64,000 bases of DNA from an uncultured Rhodospirillaceae bacterium (GTDB lineage Bacteria > Pseudomonadota > Alphaproteobacteria > UBA8366): NCBI GenBank assembly GCA_913043025.1, contig CAJWLM010000007.1, forward strand, positions 65,265-129,264. The letters are read 5' to 3'. How positions within the stretch are numbered: position 1 is the first letter of the stretch; each line of letters begins with the position of its first letter. The notes beneath the pieces were generated by a model that saw only the letters and a list, made by a program, of their open reading frames with translations, did not search any database and was not told where the DNA came from. This document shows positions 61,659 through 64,000 of the stretch, in pieces. A program made the position numbers and the translations under genes.

Positions 61659-62455
61659 GATCGACGCTTTCGTTGAGATTTCTTTTTTGTCTTTTTGCGA
61701 AGGGAGCGTTCCTCAACCCAGCTTCTGATATATTGTTGTACATTCGGGTTATCAGATTTTTCAATTAATTCAGTGGGCCCTTGCCAACTGATCTGTCCGT
61801 TTTTGAGCATGGCAGCTTTGTTTGATATTATGCGTGCACTATCGATATCATTGGTTATTGAAATTACTGTTGTATTGAGTTCTTTAGTGATGTTTGAGAT
61901 CAATTCGCTAATGCCATTACTTAAAATGGGGTCCAGGCCTGCTGTGGGCTCGTCGAGTAATAAAATCTTTGGATCACCTGCTATAGCGCGTGCAAGGCCG
62001 ACACGCTTTTGCATGCCACCTGACAGCTCCGCTGGCATGAGATCTGCCACGCTTCTTCCCATTTGAACTAAGGCTAGTTTTTTAAGCGCAATCTTTTTGC
62101 CCTCACTTGGGCTACAGACGTTGGATTGCAGAAGCCGGAAAACAATATTTTCCCATACACAAAGGCTGTCGAAGAGTGCCGAGCGTTGGAACAACATCCC
62201 TATCTTGTTAAGATGTTGGGCTCTCTTGTCGGCGCCATGGCCATTTGTGATTTCGCCATCTATCAAAATGTTCCCGGCATCAATATCGAGTAGTCCAAGA
62301 ATGCATTTCAGTAGTACTGATTTGCCGCTTCCAGATTCTCCAAAAAGCACTAACGAGTCGCCATCCTGCGCTTCGATATCTACCCCTTTCAAGATATTAT
62401 TTACCCCAAACGATTTGTGTAGATTACGAATACTAACTTTATTTTCAGTCACCAT
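61655..62455 (-). CDS. ABC transporter ATP-binding protein, MlaF-like, no adjacent permease
   Basis: 266 aa; Walker A GESGSGKS, Q-loop LFQRSALF, signature LSGGMQKRVGLARA, Walker B ILLLDEPTAGLD; H-loop reads ITND (Asn not His); Lys/Arg-rich tail. Confidence 0.88.
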   Translation of the reverse strand: MVTENKVSIRNLHKSFGVNNILKGVDIEAQDGDSLVLFGESGSGKSVLLKCILGLLDIDAGNILIDGEITNGHGADKRAQHLNKIGMLFQRSALFDSLCVWENIVFRLLQSNVCSPSEGKKIALKKLALVQMGRSVADLMPAELSGGMQKRVGLARAIAGDPKILLLDEPTAGLDPILSNGISELISNITKELNTTVISITNDIDSARIISNKAAMLKNGQISWQGPTELIEKSDNPNVQQYIRSWVEERSLRKKTKKKSQRKRRS

Positions 62456-62638
62456 CGGTCCACCTTTACGATTTCTATCAAAGTGTCAAGTGTCTGTGCC
62501 GTTGCTTATAATCTTTGGTTCTTTTCGTGCCTTTTTTTTGACGTAATTGAGCATAAAAAGGTCTAATTTTCACCCAGAAGCAGACCCAATCTTTTTGTAA
62601 TTGTAATTGGCTAATAAAATTAGAAGGAGTTTGCTAGC

Positions 62639-62779
62639 ATGGTTCCATATAGACAACGAACTTTTTTGGTGCCCCATTCAATCAAGGGGCGGATTCTTCG
62701 CGACCTTGGGATTCTCGCCACAGCCGCTGTCGTTTTCATCTCAATTGCAATACTGTGTTTAACAGTCAATGTTTCTTAA
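62639..62779 (+). CDS. candidate 46-aa single-TM small protein
   Basis: AGAAGGAG SD 9 nt before ATG 62639; MVPYRQRTFLVPHSIKGRILRDLGILATAAVVFISIAILCLTVNVS, TAA at 62777-62779; below ORF-track cut-off. Confidence 0.35.
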   Translation: MVPYRQRTFLVPHSIKGRILRDLGILATAAVVFISIAILCLTVNVS

Positions 62780-62971
62780 ACTGCGGCATAATGTAAGAAT
62801 ATTAAACTGGCGCGTTAATATCATCATACCTAACCACTTATTGCCATTTCTCTCATTCAAAGTTCGAATGTAAATTTGGCAATTGAGACCAGTGGCCCAA
62901 ACATGTCTTATTCTGATGGAGACCGTTACTCGCATTCGAAGCGCCTATAGCAAAATATGTTTGTATTACTA

Positions 62972-63937
62972 TCAAGGAGCCATGTTTGATTTCGATGCAG
63001 TGGTGGCGCTATATAACCCAACGGAAATCAGCAGGCCTCCCAGTCCATGGTAGACTTGCAATGTTTCGTCTAAAAAAATAATCGCCCAAAGTGCAGCAAA
63101 AATCGGCACTAAGTGCTGAAAGTATCCAGCGATGTTGGGACCCACTATGTCGACTGCTTTATTAAACAGAATAAGCGCCAGTGCGGTGGGAAAAAAGCCC
63201 ACATATAGCACAACATACACTGATGTTTCTGTAATTGGCATTGTTCGGATGAAAAGACTTTCAAACAGATAAGCCGGGAAAAGCAAAACTACGGCAATAG
63301 TCAACACAATAGTTAAAAACGTAAAGGGATGTGTTTGTTTATCCCTTTTTTTGACCAACACTGAATAAATCGACCAAGCAACAGTCGCGGCTAACATTAA
63401 AATATCACCGGCGCTAAGTGTGATCTCCCATATTGCAGCCCAATTTCCACGGGTGATAATAATGCTTATGCCGATAAAAGATAATGCAAGTCCAAAGCAC
63501 TGGCGCACATTGAATGGTTCTTTTAGGATAAAAAAAGCTAACGCTGGAATGATGGCGGGCGTCAGTGACAAGGAAAGTGCTGCGTTTATAGCCGTGGTAG
63601 ATTGGACCGCGGTGTATAACAAACAATTAAAAGCGGCAATACCGAATAAGCTTCCTAACAGAACAACCCACTTTTGCCTTTGTAATGCAGGTATAATGTC
63701 GTGCCAATGGTGCCTAGCTATTAATCCGATCAATATCAGGGCTGCACAATTTCTCCAGAAAGTAAGTGCAATTGGCGGGAAATCCTCGTGAACACCGCGG
63801 CCAATTGTGATATTGCTTCCCCACATCATCGTGGAGATCACTAAAAGGAGGCACGCGAAAACAGGTCTCTCTGGCAGACGTTTATGCATGGAAAAGTATG
63901 GTAGACATAGACATACCGGCGTACAAGATAACTTCAA
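62972..63937 (-). CDS. EamA/DMT-superfamily permease
   Basis: 321 aa max ORF, 10 TM; likely true start ATG at 63889 (MHKRLPERP...). Confidence 0.82.
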   Translation of the reverse strand: MKLSCTPVCLCLPYFSMHKRLPERPVFACLLLVISTMMWGSNITIGRGVHEDFPPIALTFWRNCAALILIGLIARHHWHDIIPALQRQKWVVLLGSLFGIAAFNCLLYTAVQSTTAINAALSLSLTPAIIPALAFFILKEPFNVRQCFGLALSFIGISIIITRGNWAAIWEITLSAGDILMLAATVAWSIYSVLVKKRDKQTHPFTFLTIVLTIAVVLLFPAYLFESLFIRTMPITETSVYVVLYVGFFPTALALILFNKAVDIVGPNIAGYFQHLVPIFAALWAIIFLDETLQVYHGLGGLLISVGLYSATTASKSNMAP

Positions 63938-64000
63938 ATAAGAAACGTTATTTTAAAAGAAAATTATTATGGCGCGCTTGAAAGATATTCCCTCCGGCGA

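Overview
The window reads as a gene-dense, moderately AT-rich (by eye, not computed) alphaproteobacterial chromosomal core segment. It holds about 60 protein genes, one tRNA and one riboswitch. I found no transposase, integrase, CRISPR array, phage genes or recognisable defence genes.

Gene content, left to right:
- aa3 cytochrome oxidase cluster: coxB (5' truncated), coxA, ctaB, a 56-codon ORF missing from the ORF track, ctaG, coxC, SURF1.
- M32 carboxypeptidase, TauE/SafE permease, thrC, M16 peptidase, GNAT.
- yqgE/algH and a DsbD/ScsB-like reductase.
- thrB-rnhA, then a lipoprotein of unknown function.
- Tandem glycine riboswitch followed by gcvT-gcvH-gcvP.
- F0 ATP synthase operon atpI-atpB-atpE-atpF'-atpF.
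- smc, a DsbA-like protein, DciA (DUF721), mutY, ccrM, rnhB.
- PrpD-family protein and a CPA2 antiporter.
- An overlapping GT2 + DUF2064 pair.
- moaB, slt, family-4 UDG, ETF-QO, TPR protein-ispE, tRNA-Gln(UUG).
- The least housekeeping stretch: a permease, a PhyH dioxygenase, a CaiB-type CoA-transferase and a TauD dioxygenase, abutting bioD-bioF / bioB-bioA.
- msrB and a TPR-methyltransferase.
- Two MhpD-like hydratase paralogues flanking a secreted protein of unknown function.
- Aspartate aminotransferase, two EamA permeases and an orphan ABC ATPase.

The alphaproteobacterial assignment rests on CcrM, the split F0 operon with both b and b', the APH-type ThrB overlapping rnhA, the DciA-mutY pair and the cox-SURF1 gene order.

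I did not find a convincing new multi-gene system. The best leads, all hypotheses from sequence reading only, are:
1. A TauD-family oxygenase sits in operon position after bioF-bioD, with a CaiB-type CoA-transferase / PhyH pair beside it, and no known pimeloyl-precursor gene is in the window.
2. A 20-codon Val/Leu-rich uORF with a strong SD lies in front of the CoA-transferase.
3. A hydratase - secreted unknown - hydratase module has an ATGA-coupled junction.
4. The GT2/DUF2064 pair occurs without its usual radical-SAM partner.
5. The orphan MlaF-like ATPase has Asn in place of the H-loop His.
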